Position numbers and translations under genes: made by a program. Under the pieces are notes generated by a model. The model saw only the letters and a program-made list of their open reading frames with translations, was not told where the DNA came from and did not search any database. A stretch of DNA of 64,000 nt from Bryobacterales bacterium (lineage in GTDB: Bacteria > Acidobacteriota > Terriglobia > Bryobacterales > UBA6623). The stretch covers positions 37,238 to 101,237 of the forward strand of contig JAPOOG010000077.1 of the NCBI GenBank assembly GCA_026713545.1, read 5' to 3'. Shown here piece by piece: positions 38,737-47,151 of the stretch. Each line of letters starts with the position of its first letter. The first letter of the stretch is position 1.

Positions 38737-39065
38737 AATCGGATTGAGCACCGGCAGCCCTTCGAGGGCCGCCTCTTCGCACAATCGTGCGTCCGCTCAG
38801 ACCAAGGTCAAGGTCCCCGGCAGGCCCTGGCGCACCACCAGACAGCCGGCGAACTGAAGCGCGTCATAGGTCTTGAGCAGGTACTCGTCGATCAAACGGG
38901 CGGCCTCTTCGATCACGGCGGAGGTCGCAGGCTGCACCAGGAAGGACAACGACGCGTCTTCTTCGATCTGCTCGAGAATCCGATCAGCGTCCGCTGCCGC
39001 TCTGTCCCCTCTTCCTCGACATAGAGTTTGACAAGCGCGCTCGTATCCAAATAGACGTTTGCCAT
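38728..39065 (-). pseudogene. vapC: vapC (PIN-domain toxin) pseudogene with two frameshifts and an internal deletion
   Basis: Own three-frame reading of the minus strand. Frame a: MANVYLDTSALVKLYVEEEGTE... Frame b: ...LVQPATSAVIEEAARLIDEYLLKTYDALQFAGCL...LTLV*. Frame c: ADARLCEEAALEGLPVLNPISP*. The PIN acidic residues (YLDTS, TYDAL, ADARL) are recognisable but are split over three frames. Confidence 0.65.
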
Positions 39066-39072
39066 AGGCAGG

Positions 39073-39519
39073 TCAGCGCCTGTCGCCGAGAACGGTATCG
39101 GAAATGGCTCCGCCGCGTATGCGGACCGGCGTGAACCCGGCGCGGCCCTTCGGAGTTGCCGACTGGAATCGAGGATGCCTTCGATTGACCCGTATGGCGG
39201 TAACCGGGTGGTGCGGCTGATAGGGGTTGGGAGCTCGGCTGGTCAGGATGAGGCGCTGCTCCGTTGCATGGCGCAGCAGAGCGCCGCTCGTTCTCGGGTC
39301 ACCGGCCCAAGCATGGCCGCACGCGGGAAGAAACTGGTCGCGGAACCATTTCAGCCCAACGAACGGACGCTTGCTTTCCACTTGCTGGAGCGCATCGAGG
39401 AGTTGGCCTGTCGTCGTCTCGAAATCGAACACGTCGGCTTTTCCGTCCCGGCCGAGAGTGCTCGATTCGCGCCAGTCCTGCTGCTCGTGAGCATCCTCGA
39501 CCGCAACGAATCGGATCAC
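39073..39519 (-). CDS. hypothetical protein in antitoxin position upstream of the vapC remnant
   Basis: 148-aa ORF (GTG start) ending ...RIRGGAISDTVLGDRR* 8 nt before the vapC ATG. The tail resembles VapB-type toxin-binding tails. The body (LKWFRDQFLPACGHAWAGDPRTSGALLRHATEQRLILTSRAPNPYQPHHPVTAIRVNRRHP) is not recognised. Confidence 0.4.
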   Translation of the reverse strand: MIRFVAVEDAHEQQDWRESSTLGRDGKADVFDFETTTGQLLDALQQVESKRPFVGLKWFRDQFLPACGHAWAGDPRTSGALLRHATEQRLILTSRAPNPYQPHHPVTAIRVNRRHPRFQSATPKGRAGFTPVRIRGGAISDTVLGDRR

Positions 39520-39525
39520 TACTTC

Positions 39526-39723
39526 TCAACGATCCGGATCGAAGTAGCTGGCGTCTGCGTCCTCCCGGACCTCCCTGCCCTTATCCAGGTTGCGAATGCT
39601 GACTTGGGGATTGCGGTCGTACACCGGCAGATGCCTCAATCCCTCCAAAGTGGGTGGCAAGGTCGAAGTCGACAGGCCCGTGAGGCTCTCTTCGAGATCC
39701 CGCTGAATGTCCAATATCTTCAT
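39526..39723 (-). CDS. 65-aa ORF, in frame with 39073..39519 and separated from it only by one TGA
   Basis: MKILDIQRDLEESL...SYFDPDR*EVV(IRFVAVEDAHEQ...). Both ORFs are in the same minus-strand frame. An AT-rich putative promoter region lies directly upstream (39724-39800). Confidence 0.35.
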   Translation of the reverse strand: MKILDIQRDLEESLTGLSTSTLPPTLEGLRHLPVYDRNPQVSIRNLDKGREVREDADASYFDPDR

Positions 39724-40021
39724 ATCGATCTCGAATTTGTATAGGAATTTTTAATATATTTCTAATAAAAGTAGTCCATCTTCCGCTCCCGAGGTTTGTC
39801 AAGCCCTCTGCGATGCCTGCGCCGCAATCGAGACGGCCAGGAAAAAGTCGATCACAGGATCAAGGGCGTGGTTATGGCGGGACGTTGATGGAGTCAGTGT
39901 CGTGGGTGGCTCCGGCAGTGCCACACACAATCGGCTTTCAGGTGGTTTCCCAGCCGGGGTCAGCCGAGGGACTCTACAATCAGTATTGACCCGTAGCCAG
40001 GAATTTGGGGAGGCTTCCGCA

Positions 40022-40237
40022 ATGAGAAACGAGTTCACGGCGATGATCGAGCAGGACGGCGAATGGCATATCGCCTACTGCCCCGAAATTCCCGGAGCCA
40101 ACGGCCAAGGCAAGACCAGGGATGAAGCCCGCGAAAATTTGGCTGAGGCCATAGCGCTTATTCTCGAGGACCGTCGTGAAGAGGGGTTGCGCGGTGTGCC
40201 CCCCAAGGCCATCCGGGAAACCGTCAGCGTCTCATGA
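40022..40237 (+). CDS. hicB: HicB-family antitoxin
   Basis: MRNEFTAMIEQDGEWHIAYCPEIPGANGQGKTRDEARENLAEAIALILEDRREEG matches the HicB N-terminal (RNase-H-like) domain pattern. GGGGAGG lies 7 nt upstream of ATG 40022. The stop overlaps the hicA ATG (ATGA). Confidence 0.8.
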   Translation: MRNEFTAMIEQDGEWHIAYCPEIPGANGQGKTRDEARENLAEAIALILEDRREEGLRGVPPKAIRETVSVS

Positions 40238-40441
40238 AACGGAGCACTCTGCTGCGACACCTCCGGAGGCTCGGCTGCTATCTCGAACGCGAAGGGCGTT
40301 CTCACTCTGTGGTCCAATCCGAACACCGGCGAGGTCGAGACGATTCCGCGCCATACTGAAATATCCAACCGTTTGACGATCAAGATCTGTCGAAACCTTT
40401 CGGTTCCGGATATCGGGGAAAGCTACCCTTCGGAGCGCTGA
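40234..40441 (+). pseudogene. hicA: hicA toxin pseudogene (frameshift at about 40309)
   Basis: Frame 1 reads MKRSTLLRHLRRLGCYLEREGRSHSV, then goes out of frame (stop at 40357). The next frame continues WSNPNTGEVETIPRHTEISNRLTIKICRNLSVPDIGESYPSER*. Joined, they give the HicA consensus (GSHxxWxNPxTGxxxxxPRHxEI). The total length of 208 nt is not a multiple of 3. The break looks like a 2-nt loss in a GTGTGG run. Confidence 0.75.
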
Positions 40442-40550
40442 TTTACGTGGCGGCGGCGTTCTCGTGCTGGAGCCGGTTGCCGGGATGGGTGCAAGACAGG
40501 CGCCACCCGGCGCACTCTTCCCGCCGCGGCGGCCGTCCGCCGCGAACCGG

Positions 40551-41576
40551 CTACTGATTCGTGAAGCGGATCAGATCCTCCAGCTTCTCCCGAGCCTTGC
40601 CGCTGTCGATCGACTCGGACGCCAGGCGGGCGCCCTCGACGAAACCGGCGGCCCTCCCGGCGGCTGCCAGAGCCGCCGCGGCGTTCGCCACAACGATGTC
40701 CCGCTTTGGCCCGCTGTCGCCGGAAAGAATCGCCTTGAGGATCGCGGCGTTCTCGTCCCGGTCCCCGCCGGTCAGATCCTGACTCGACGCCCATGGCAGA
40801 GAGAACTCCTCGGGGCCGACTTCACGCTCGTTGACCTCTCCATCGCGCACCTCGGCCAGACGCGTGCTGCCCGTGGTCGTAATCTCGTCCAGCCCGTCGC
40901 TGCCGTGAACGACGAACGCTCGGGAGACCCCCAGCCGGGCGAGCGCTTCGGCGATCTGCGGAACGCGCGAGCCATCGAACACCCCCACCACCTGCGACGC
41001 GGCGCCGGCAGGATTCGTCAAAGGCCCGAGCAGATTGAATACCGTCCGCATCTTGAGTTCCGCGCGGACCGGGCCCGCATGTTTCATCGCCGTGTGGATC
41101 GTCGGAGCGAACAGGAATCCGATGCCCGCCTCGTCGATCGAGCGCGCCATCCTCTCCGGCGTCAGAGCCACGTTGACGCCGGCGGCCTCGAGCACATCCG
41201 CGCTGCCGCAGCGGCTCGAGATGGAGCGGTTGCCGTGCTTCGCGACGGATGCCCCGGCGCCGGCCACGACGAAGGCGCTCACCGTCGAGATGTTGAACGT
41301 CTGCGCCCCGTCGCCGCCCGTTCCGCAGGTGTCCACGAGCGACGACCTCGGCGTCTTGCACGGGATCGCCAGGGCGGCCGAACGCATGGCCCGTGCGAAC
41401 CCGACGATCTCGTCCGTCGTTTCGCCCTTGATTACCAACGCCGTCAGCAATGATCCGATCAATGCCGGCGACGACTTCCCGGCCAGGATCTCGCCCATCA
41501 CCGCGGCCGCCTCGGTCTCCGTCAGGTCCTCTCGCCGCACCGCTTTGTGCAGCGCTTCACGCACGCCGACGCTCAC
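40551..41576 (-). CDS. trpD: anthranilate phosphoribosyltransferase
   Basis: CGTGGDGAQTFNISTVSAFVVAGAGASVAKHGNRSISSRCGSADVLEAAGV and the rest of the TrpD pattern. Start set at GTG 41576, preceded by AAGGAG at 7-nt spacing. The track ORF extends to 41690 with no better start. Confidence 0.9.
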   Translation of the reverse strand: MSVGVREALHKAVRREDLTETEAAAVMGEILAGKSSPALIGSLLTALVIKGETTDEIVGFARAMRSAALAIPCKTPRSSLVDTCGTGGDGAQTFNISTVSAFVVAGAGASVAKHGNRSISSRCGSADVLEAAGVNVALTPERMARSIDEAGIGFLFAPTIHTAMKHAGPVRAELKMRTVFNLLGPLTNPAGAASQVVGVFDGSRVPQIAEALARLGVSRAFVVHGSDGLDEITTTGSTRLAEVRDGEVNEREVGPEEFSLPWASSQDLTGGDRDENAAILKAILSGDSGPKRDIVVANAAAALAAAGRAAGFVEGARLASESIDSGKAREKLEDLIRFTNQ

Positions 41577-41665
41577 ATTTGCGCTCCTTCGAATCGATCT
41601 TTTATGATGGGAAAACTTCGGCCTTCCTGTCGTTTCCCAGATCCTATCACGCGTCGATCCGCTGC

Positions 41666-42823
41666 ATGAAAATCCACGAGTATCAGGCAAAGGGCGTCCT
41701 GCGCCGGTACAACGTCCCCGTACCGCGAGGCGAAGTTGCCTTCTCTCCCGACGAGGCTCGGCGGGTTGCCGAGAAACTCGGCGGTCGTGTCGTCGTCAAG
41801 GCGCAGATCCACGCCGGCGGCCGCGGCAAGGGCGGCGGCGTCAAGTTGGCCGACAACCCCGAACAGGCCGCCCGGCTTGCCGAAAAAATCATCGGGATGA
41901 CTCTCGTCACTCACCAGACCGGCCCGGAAGGACGACTCGTCAAGCGCGTGCTTGTCGAAGAAACGCTCCCGATCGACCGCGAGCTATACCTCGGCATCGT
42001 CCTTGACCGCAAGCTCGAGCGGCCCGTGCTCATGGCTTCGTCTGAGGGCGGCATGGATATCGAGGAAGTCGCCGCCAAGACACCCGAACTCATCCTCAAA
42101 GAAACCATCGAGCCCGGTATCGGCCTGATGCCCCACCAGGCGCGGCGCTTGGCGTTCGGCATGGGTCTGGAAGGCGAAGCCGTAAAGGGCATTGTCAACG
42201 CCATGCTCGCGCTCGCCAAGGCATACGAAGCGACCGATGCCAATCTTTTGGAGATCAACCCCTTCGTCATCACCACGGACGAGCGGGCCGTGGCGCTCGA
42301 CGCCAAGATGGATTTCGACGACAACGGGCTGTTTCGCCACCCCGACTTGATCGAATTGCGCGACCTCGATGAAGAAGATCCCCTCGAGACCGATGCTTCG
42401 AACTTCAACCTCAACTACATCAAGCTCGACGGCAATGTCGGCTGCATGGTCAACGGCGCGGGCCTGGCGATGGCCACGATGGACATCATCCAACACGCCG
42501 GCGGCCGTCCCGCCAATTTCCTCGACGTCGGCGGCGGAGCCAACGCCGAGCAGATCAAGAACGGCTTCCGCATCATCCTGTCGGACGCGAACGTCAAGGC
42601 GATCCTCATCAACATCTTCGGCGGTATCCTGCGCGTTGACGTCCTCGCCGCGGGCGTGGTCGCCGCGGCCAGGGAACTTGACATTCAGGTCCCGATCGTC
42701 CTGCGCCTCGAAGGCACGAAAGTCGACGAGGGCAAGAGCATCCTCCAGGATTCCGGCATGAACTTCACCGTCGCCGCGAACATGAAAGAAGCCGCCGAGA
42801 AAGTCGTCGCCCTCGCGAGTTGA
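41666..42823 (+). CDS. sucC: succinate--CoA ligase (ADP-forming) subunit beta
   Basis: [62 protein letters not shown]... Start moved to ATG 41666. Confidence 0.95.
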   Translation: MKIHEYQAKGVLRRYNVPVPRGEVAFSPDEARRVAEKLGGRVVVKAQIHAGGRGKGGGVKLADNPEQAARLAEKIIGMTLVTHQTGPEGRLVKRVLVEETLPIDRELYLGIVLDRKLERPVLMASSEGGMDIEEVAAKTPELILKETIEPGIGLMPHQARRLAFGMGLEGEAVKGIVNAMLALAKAYEATDANLLEINPFVITTDERAVALDAKMDFDDNGLFRHPDLIELRDLDEEDPLETDASNFNLNYIKLDGNVGCMVNGAGLAMATMDIIQHAGGRPANFLDVGGGANAEQIKNGFRIILSDANVKAILINIFGGILRVDVLAAGVVAAARELDIQVPIVLRLEGTKVDEGKSILQDSGMNFTVAANMKEAAEKVVALAS

Positions 42824-42830
42824 ACCAGGC

Positions 42831-43694
42831 ATGAGCATCCTTCTGGACGAAAACACCCGGATCGTTGTGCAGGGCTTTGGGCGTGCGGGCGCTTTCCACG
42901 CGCAACAGTGCAAGGACTACGGCGCAAAGATCGTCGGCGCGGTGCACCCCGGCAAGGGCGGCGGAGAGAAGGACGGTACGCCGATCTTCAACACCATGCG
43001 CGAGGCCGTGGACGCGGTTCAACCGGCGGCCTCGATCGTCTTCGTCCCGGCCGCCGGCGCGGCGGACGCCATCATCGAGGCGGCGGACGGAGGTCTGGAA
43101 CTCGTTGTCTGCATCACCGAGGGCATTCCCGCGCAAGACCTCGTCAAGGTCAGTTTCGCTCTGCGGGGAAGCAGGACCCGCCTGATCGGACCCAACTGCC
43201 CCGGACTCATTTCCCCCGGCAAGTCGAAGCTGGGCATCATGCCGGGCTACATCCACAAACAAGGGAATGTCGGTGTGGTTTCGCGCTCCGGGACATTGAC
43301 CTATGAGGCCGTCGGACAGCTATCCGTGCTCGGGATCGGCCAGTCCACCTGCGTGGGTATCGGCGGTGACCCGATCATCGGAACCAATTTCATCGACGTG
43401 CTCGATCTTTTCAACGAAGACCCCGCCACGCACGCCGTCATCATGATCGGCGAAATCGGTGGAACCGCCGAAGAAGAAGCCGCCGCCTTCATCAAGGAGC
43501 GCTTCAGCAAGCCCGTGGCCGCCTTCATCGCCGGCCGTACGGCGCCTCCGGGTCGCCGCATGGGCCACGCGGGCGCCATCATCTCCGGCGGCAAGGGAAC
43601 CGCGAGCGAGAAAGTCGCCGCCCTCGAGGATGCCGGCATCGCCGTCGCTCCGACCCCCGCGGACATGGGCGCGACCCTGGCCGGCCTGCTCTGA
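42831..43694 (+). CDS. sucD: succinate--CoA ligase subunit alpha
   Basis: Motifs [41 protein letters not shown], and [14 protein letters not shown] (phosphohistidine loop). Confidence 0.95.
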   Translation: MSILLDENTRIVVQGFGRAGAFHAQQCKDYGAKIVGAVHPGKGGGEKDGTPIFNTMREAVDAVQPAASIVFVPAAGAADAIIEAADGGLELVVCITEGIPAQDLVKVSFALRGSRTRLIGPNCPGLISPGKSKLGIMPGYIHKQGNVGVVSRSGTLTYEAVGQLSVLGIGQSTCVGIGGDPIIGTNFIDVLDLFNEDPATHAVIMIGEIGGTAEEEAAAFIKERFSKPVAAFIAGRTAPPGRRMGHAGAIISGGKGTASEKVAALEDAGIAVAPTPADMGATLAGLL

Positions 43695-43795
43695 CCTGAA
43701 ACATCCCCCGGATCAAGCGGCGTTGACGACGACCCAAATGTTCCCCGCTTGTATGATCCGCACGCGGGCGGAGAACACTAAAAACTGAAAACCGC
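43692..43795 (+). repeat. module D, copy 1 (begins on the sucD TGA)
   Basis: TGACCTGAAACATCCCCCGGATCAAGCGGCGTTGACGACGACCCAAATGTTCCCCGCTTGTATGATCCGCACGCGGGCGGAGAACACTAAAAACTGAAAACC. Internal inverted repeat CGGATCAAGCGG / CCGCTTG(TA)TGATCCG. Confidence 0.85.
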
Positions 43796-43874
43796 CCTTA
43801 TGCTCCGCCCGCGGGGGAGGAAAAAACAGTCTGCCCTGGGCACCGCAAGCCCGCCGCGACAATAGAATCGAATC

Positions 43875-44297
43875 ATGGCTATCGAACGCACTCTCACCAT
43901 CATCAAACCCGATGCCGCCGGCGCTTCTCACATCGGAGAAATCATCACCGAGTTGGAACGCGCCGGCTTCCACATCCTGGCGATGCGAAAGATGCATCTG
44001 AGCCATGCTCAGGCGGAAGGTTTCTATGCCGTCCACCGCGAAAGACCGTTCTTCGAGTCGCTGGTGACGTTCATGACCGAAGGCGAGATCGTACCCATGG
44101 CGTTGGAGCGCGAGAATGCCATCAGCGCCCTGCGCGAGCTGATGGGCCCCACGAACGCTTCCGAAGCCCCGGCGGAAACCATCCGCGGCAAGTTCGGAAC
44201 CAACATCGAACGCAACGCCATCCATGGCTCCGACGCCCCCGAACCCGCCGCCGTCGAGCTGGCCTTCTTCTTCAGCCGCCTCGAACTCGACCGCTAG
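43875..44297 (+). CDS. ndk: nucleoside-diphosphate kinase
   Basis: MAIERTLTIIKPDA...NAIHGSDA, about 140 aa. Confidence 0.95.
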   Translation: MAIERTLTIIKPDAAGASHIGEIITELERAGFHILAMRKMHLSHAQAEGFYAVHRERPFFESLVTFMTEGEIVPMALERENAISALRELMGPTNASEAPAETIRGKFGTNIERNAIHGSDAPEPAAVELAFFFSRLELDR

Positions 44298-44407
44298 CGG
44301 AAGTCCTCGAAACTCACAGGCAGGCCGAGAACATCCTGCCCACCGCCGAGCGGGAAGCCCCTGACGGGGGCTCCGTGGATACCTCCGCTCGTCGTCTTCT
44401 CGGCTGG

Positions 44408-44575
44408 CCTGCATGTCTCACCACGAGGCGAGTTGAAGTGCGTGAGAGGGCCGTCAGGACGAGGCGCGTGCCGCTTGGCGTCGGCAACACGGCTTTTGAG
44501 GTTTCTCACGAATCACGAGACACGAATCACGCCCTTTTTCGCGTGCTTCGGCCGTCGGGTGGTGAGATATGCAGG
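44408..44575 (+). repeat. R1 element, copy 6 (type b, heptad-module core)
   Basis: CCTGCATGTCTCACCACGAGGCGAGTTGAAGTGCGTGAGAGGGCCGTCAGGACG ... TTCTCACGAATCACGAGACACGAATCACGCCC ... GTGCTTCGGCCGTCGGGTGGTGAGATATGCAGG. Confidence 0.9.
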
Positions 44576-44638
44576 CAAGCTCCACGCTATTGCGAGCCGC
44601 CTTGACGCTCGCCTCTCCGGAGGGGTCTACTTGAGGGC

Positions 44639-45871
44639 ATGCCCATCCCGCAGGACCAGCAGATTCCTCTTGTCGACCGCTTGACGGAACTCTCCGGCGG
44701 CAGCTACCCGCCGGAAACCCGCCGCAAGTATTTCATCAGCGCACCGCAATGGGCCTATGCCTACGAGGGTCAGGCGCTCTTCCACGCCCCCACCCGAAAC
44801 GCCGTCCCCTTCGAGGAAGTGATCCGCGCCCTCGGCGAGATCGGCGTGTCTTATTGGACGACCCACGACACCGACGTCATCCCGACCGACCATCTGATGA
44901 CCGGCCGCCAGGCGGAAATCGTCGACCGCATCCGGTCCGCTCTCGAGCGGCACGGCGTGCGCTGTTCGATGGTCACCTGCGAGACCTTCCATCACCCTGT
45001 TTTCGCGGCGAGCGCCGCCGCTGAGGCGCCGGAAGTCCGCGCCTACGCCGCGCGGCGCCTGTCGAACGTCGTCGATATCGGCCACGATCTTGGCGCGGGC
45101 TTCGCCGTCTACTGGCCCGGAACCCTGGGCTACATGATCCAGGGCGCCATCGACGAGACACAAACGCTGCGCTGGTTCGCCGACGGCATCAACTCCGCCT
45201 GCGCGCGAGACATCGCGCTGGCCGGGGAGCGCGGCCGCGGCACGCTGAAGCATTGCCTCGAAGCGAAACCGTTCGAACCGGTCAGTCAGATCATCCTGCC
45301 CTCATCCGACGCCATGCTGGCCTTCATCGGCAGCGGCCTGCTCACCCACCCCGAGATGGTCGGCCTCAACCCCGAATATCTGCACGAGCTGATGTGGGGC
45401 GCCGCCTGCCGCGCCGCGCTGGCCCGCGCCCTGGTATGCGGAAAACTCTGGCACTTCGACATCAACGACGGCTATCCGTTGAAGCATGACGTCGACCTGG
45501 GAGTCGGGCTGGTGAATCCGCTCGATTGGCTCAACGTGTTGATCCTGCTGCGGTCGCACGGCTACGAAGGCCCGTTCAATCTCGACTTCAAGCCGCCCCG
45601 CACGACGAGCAACCACGGTGTCTTCAAGATCAGCTTTCCCACCGCCGTCGACCGCTTCATCACGCTGTGGGAGATTGCGGGTGAAGCCGTCGAGGACCCG
45701 GTCATCCAGGAAGCCGGAGCGGCCTTGAAAGCCGGCGGCGGGGCTCCCGCCACAGCCGGCGCCGCCGAGATTGTGGCGGCGAATCGCGAACTGCTGAGCC
45801 TCCACGAACTGATTGCCCACCAGCTGTTTCAGATCCTGATCGGGCAACACCGCGGCCGCGTCTTCGGATAG
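44639..45871 (+). CDS. xylose-isomerase-family TIM-barrel sugar isomerase-like protein
   Basis: YWTTHDTDVIP (compare XylA FHDxDxxP), AVYWPGTLGY (compare WGGREGY), LEAKPFEP (compare EPKPxEP), NPEYLHEL, HFDINDG...DVDLG. Layout is parallel to XylA but divergent. Confidence 0.65.
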   Translation: MPIPQDQQIPLVDRLTELSGGSYPPETRRKYFISAPQWAYAYEGQALFHAPTRNAVPFEEVIRALGEIGVSYWTTHDTDVIPTDHLMTGRQAEIVDRIRSALERHGVRCSMVTCETFHHPVFAASAAAEAPEVRAYAARRLSNVVDIGHDLGAGFAVYWPGTLGYMIQGAIDETQTLRWFADGINSACARDIALAGERGRGTLKHCLEAKPFEPVSQIILPSSDAMLAFIGSGLLTHPEMVGLNPEYLHELMWGAACRAALARALVCGKLWHFDINDGYPLKHDVDLGVGLVNPLDWLNVLILLRSHGYEGPFNLDFKPPRTTSNHGVFKISFPTAVDRFITLWEIAGEAVEDPVIQEAGAALKAGGGAPATAGAAEIVAANRELLSLHELIAHQLFQILIGQHRGRVFG

Positions 45872-45900
45872 TTGGAGGCGTCGGAGGAGTCGGAGAAAAA

Positions 45901-46947
45901 ATGCTGAAGCGCAGGGTCGGCGGCGAACTCTGGTGCGTCTCGCAGCCCGATCACGCCGCCGCTGCCGGCTACCTGGCCGCTCACTGGGGCAACGGCGAAT
46001 TCACCCGCCCCGGCTGGTACGCTCCCTGTCCCGACCCCGAAAGGCTGCGAGCCGAAACCGTCCTCGCCGTCTCCGAGCACGACAACGGTTGGTGGGAATG
46101 GGAGGCCGACCCCCGGATCGATCCCGCCGACGGCCTTCCCTTGGACCTGACGAGCATCGAGCAGTCCGACGGCCTCCAACGCTGGCGCCTGGGCGTACCC
46201 CGCTTCCGGGAGAGCCATCCTTACGTCGCGCTGCTTATCAGCCTGCATGCCTACTGGCTGCACGCTCCCCGCGTCCAGGCCGAGGATGCGCCCGCGTTCC
46301 TCCACCCGCTCTTCGGAAGCCCTGCTGATTGGCCCTCACCGCAAGGCCGGGAACTCGAAGAAGCCAGGCGGTTCGTTGCCGAACAACACGTCCTGCAGGA
46401 GCTGCTCATCGATCGTATCAGCAGCGATCCCGAATGGGCCGCCGCCATCGAGCCGTGGAGCCTGCGTCCCCACACCCGCCTCCTGCAAGCCTGCGACGCC
46501 CTCTCGCTCCACCTCTGTTTTGGCGGAGACAAGGAGCGAATCATGCACGGCATTCCGCGCGCGAGCTGGAACGATCGAGTCTCGCTCAGCGTCCGGCTGG
46601 CAGGCGAATCCCGAGTAGCCATCGACCCCTACCCCTTCGATCAGGACCCGCTCGCGGTCACCCTCCGAGCCCGCATCCTCAACCTGTATTTCTCACCACG
46701 TGGCGAGGCGAAGTGCGTGAGAGGGCCGTCAGGACGAGGCGCGAGCCGCTTGGCGCGCACAGGCGTACTTGACAGTACGTCGAGCACGGCAAGCAAGCGC
46801 AACGAAGTCCTGGCGGTCGTATCGCCTGCTTCGACCGTCGGGTGGGGAGATATGCAGGTTAACCCGGAGATTCGCGTCCCCGACGACTTCCATGCCTGGT
46901 GGCACGCGCTCCCCCGCCGGGAAATTCGGTTCATATTCACTCGTTGA
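45901..46947 (+). CDS. DUF3891-like protein whose ORF runs through R1 copy 7
   Basis: N-terminal QPDHAAAAGYLAAHWGN...AVSEHDNGWWEWE pattern, recalled as DUF3891. Codons 262-321 (LYFSPRGEAKCVRGPSGRGASRLARTGVLDST...GDMQVN) are encoded by the repeat. 28 further codons follow before TGA at 46945-46947. Confidence 0.55.
   Translation: MLKRRVGGELWCVSQPDHAAAAGYLAAHWGNGEFTRPGWYAPCPDPERLRAETVLAVSEHDNGWWEWEADPRIDPADGLPLDLTSIEQSDGLQRWRLGVPRFRESHPYVALLISLHAYWLHAPRVQAEDAPAFLHPLFGSPADWPSPQGRELEEARRFVAEQHVLQELLIDRISSDPEWAAAIEPWSLRPHTRLLQACDALSLHLCFGGDKERIMHGIPRASWNDRVSLSVRLAGESRVAIDPYPFDQDPLAVTLRARILNLYFSPRGEAKCVRGPSGRGASRLARTGVLDSTSSTASKRNEVLAVVSPASTVGWGDMQVNPEIRVPDDFHAWWHALPRREIRFIFTR
46683..46858 (+). 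repeat. R1 element, copy 7 (type a), located inside the DUF3891-like ORF
   Basis: CCTGTATTTCTCACCACGTGGCGAGGCGAAGTGCGTGAGAGGGCCGTCAGGACG ... CTTCGACCGTCGGGTGGGGAGATATGCAGG. Flanked by AAC(C) at 46681 and 46861, exactly 180 nt apart. Confidence 0.9.
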
Positions 46948-46982
46948 ACGGACAGCGCCGGCCCGACGGCGGCTATCGCTGA

Positions 46983-47151
46983 CCTGCATTCCTCGCCACA
47001 TGGCGAGGCGAAGTGCGTGAGAGGGCCGTCAGGACGAGGTGCGAGCCGCTTGGCGCGCACAACATGGCCTTTAAAGTTTTTCACGAGTCACGAAACACGA
47101 ATCACGGCCTTTTCTCGCGTGCTTCGGCCGTCAGATGGTGAGAAATGCAGG
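46983..47151 (+). repeat. R1 element, copy 8 (type b)
   Basis: CCTGCATTCCTCGCCACATGGCGAGGCGAAGTGCGTGAGAGGGCCGTCAGGACG ... TTTTTCACGAGTCACGAAACACGAATCACGGCC ... GTGCTTCGGCCGTCAGATGGTGAGAAATGCAGG. The right end abuts the TCA (= TGA stop) of pta at 47152. Confidence 0.9.

Noticed and set aside
39526-39528. Selenocysteine recoding of the in-frame TGA, given a SelA-fold gene in the window.
   Set aside because: I could recognise no SECIS-like hairpin immediately downstream. The SelA-like protein is Tat-exported and therefore not a tRNA(Sec) enzyme. No selB/selD lies nearby. A nonsense mutation is the simpler reading.
43720-43760. Module D as a portable sigma-70 promoter (TTGACG ... TATGAT).
   Set aside because: The two hexamers are about 23 nt apart in copies 1 and 3, well outside the 16-19-nt window, and copy 2 lies inside a CDS. 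This is not excluded for another sigma factor but is unsupported by sequence alone.
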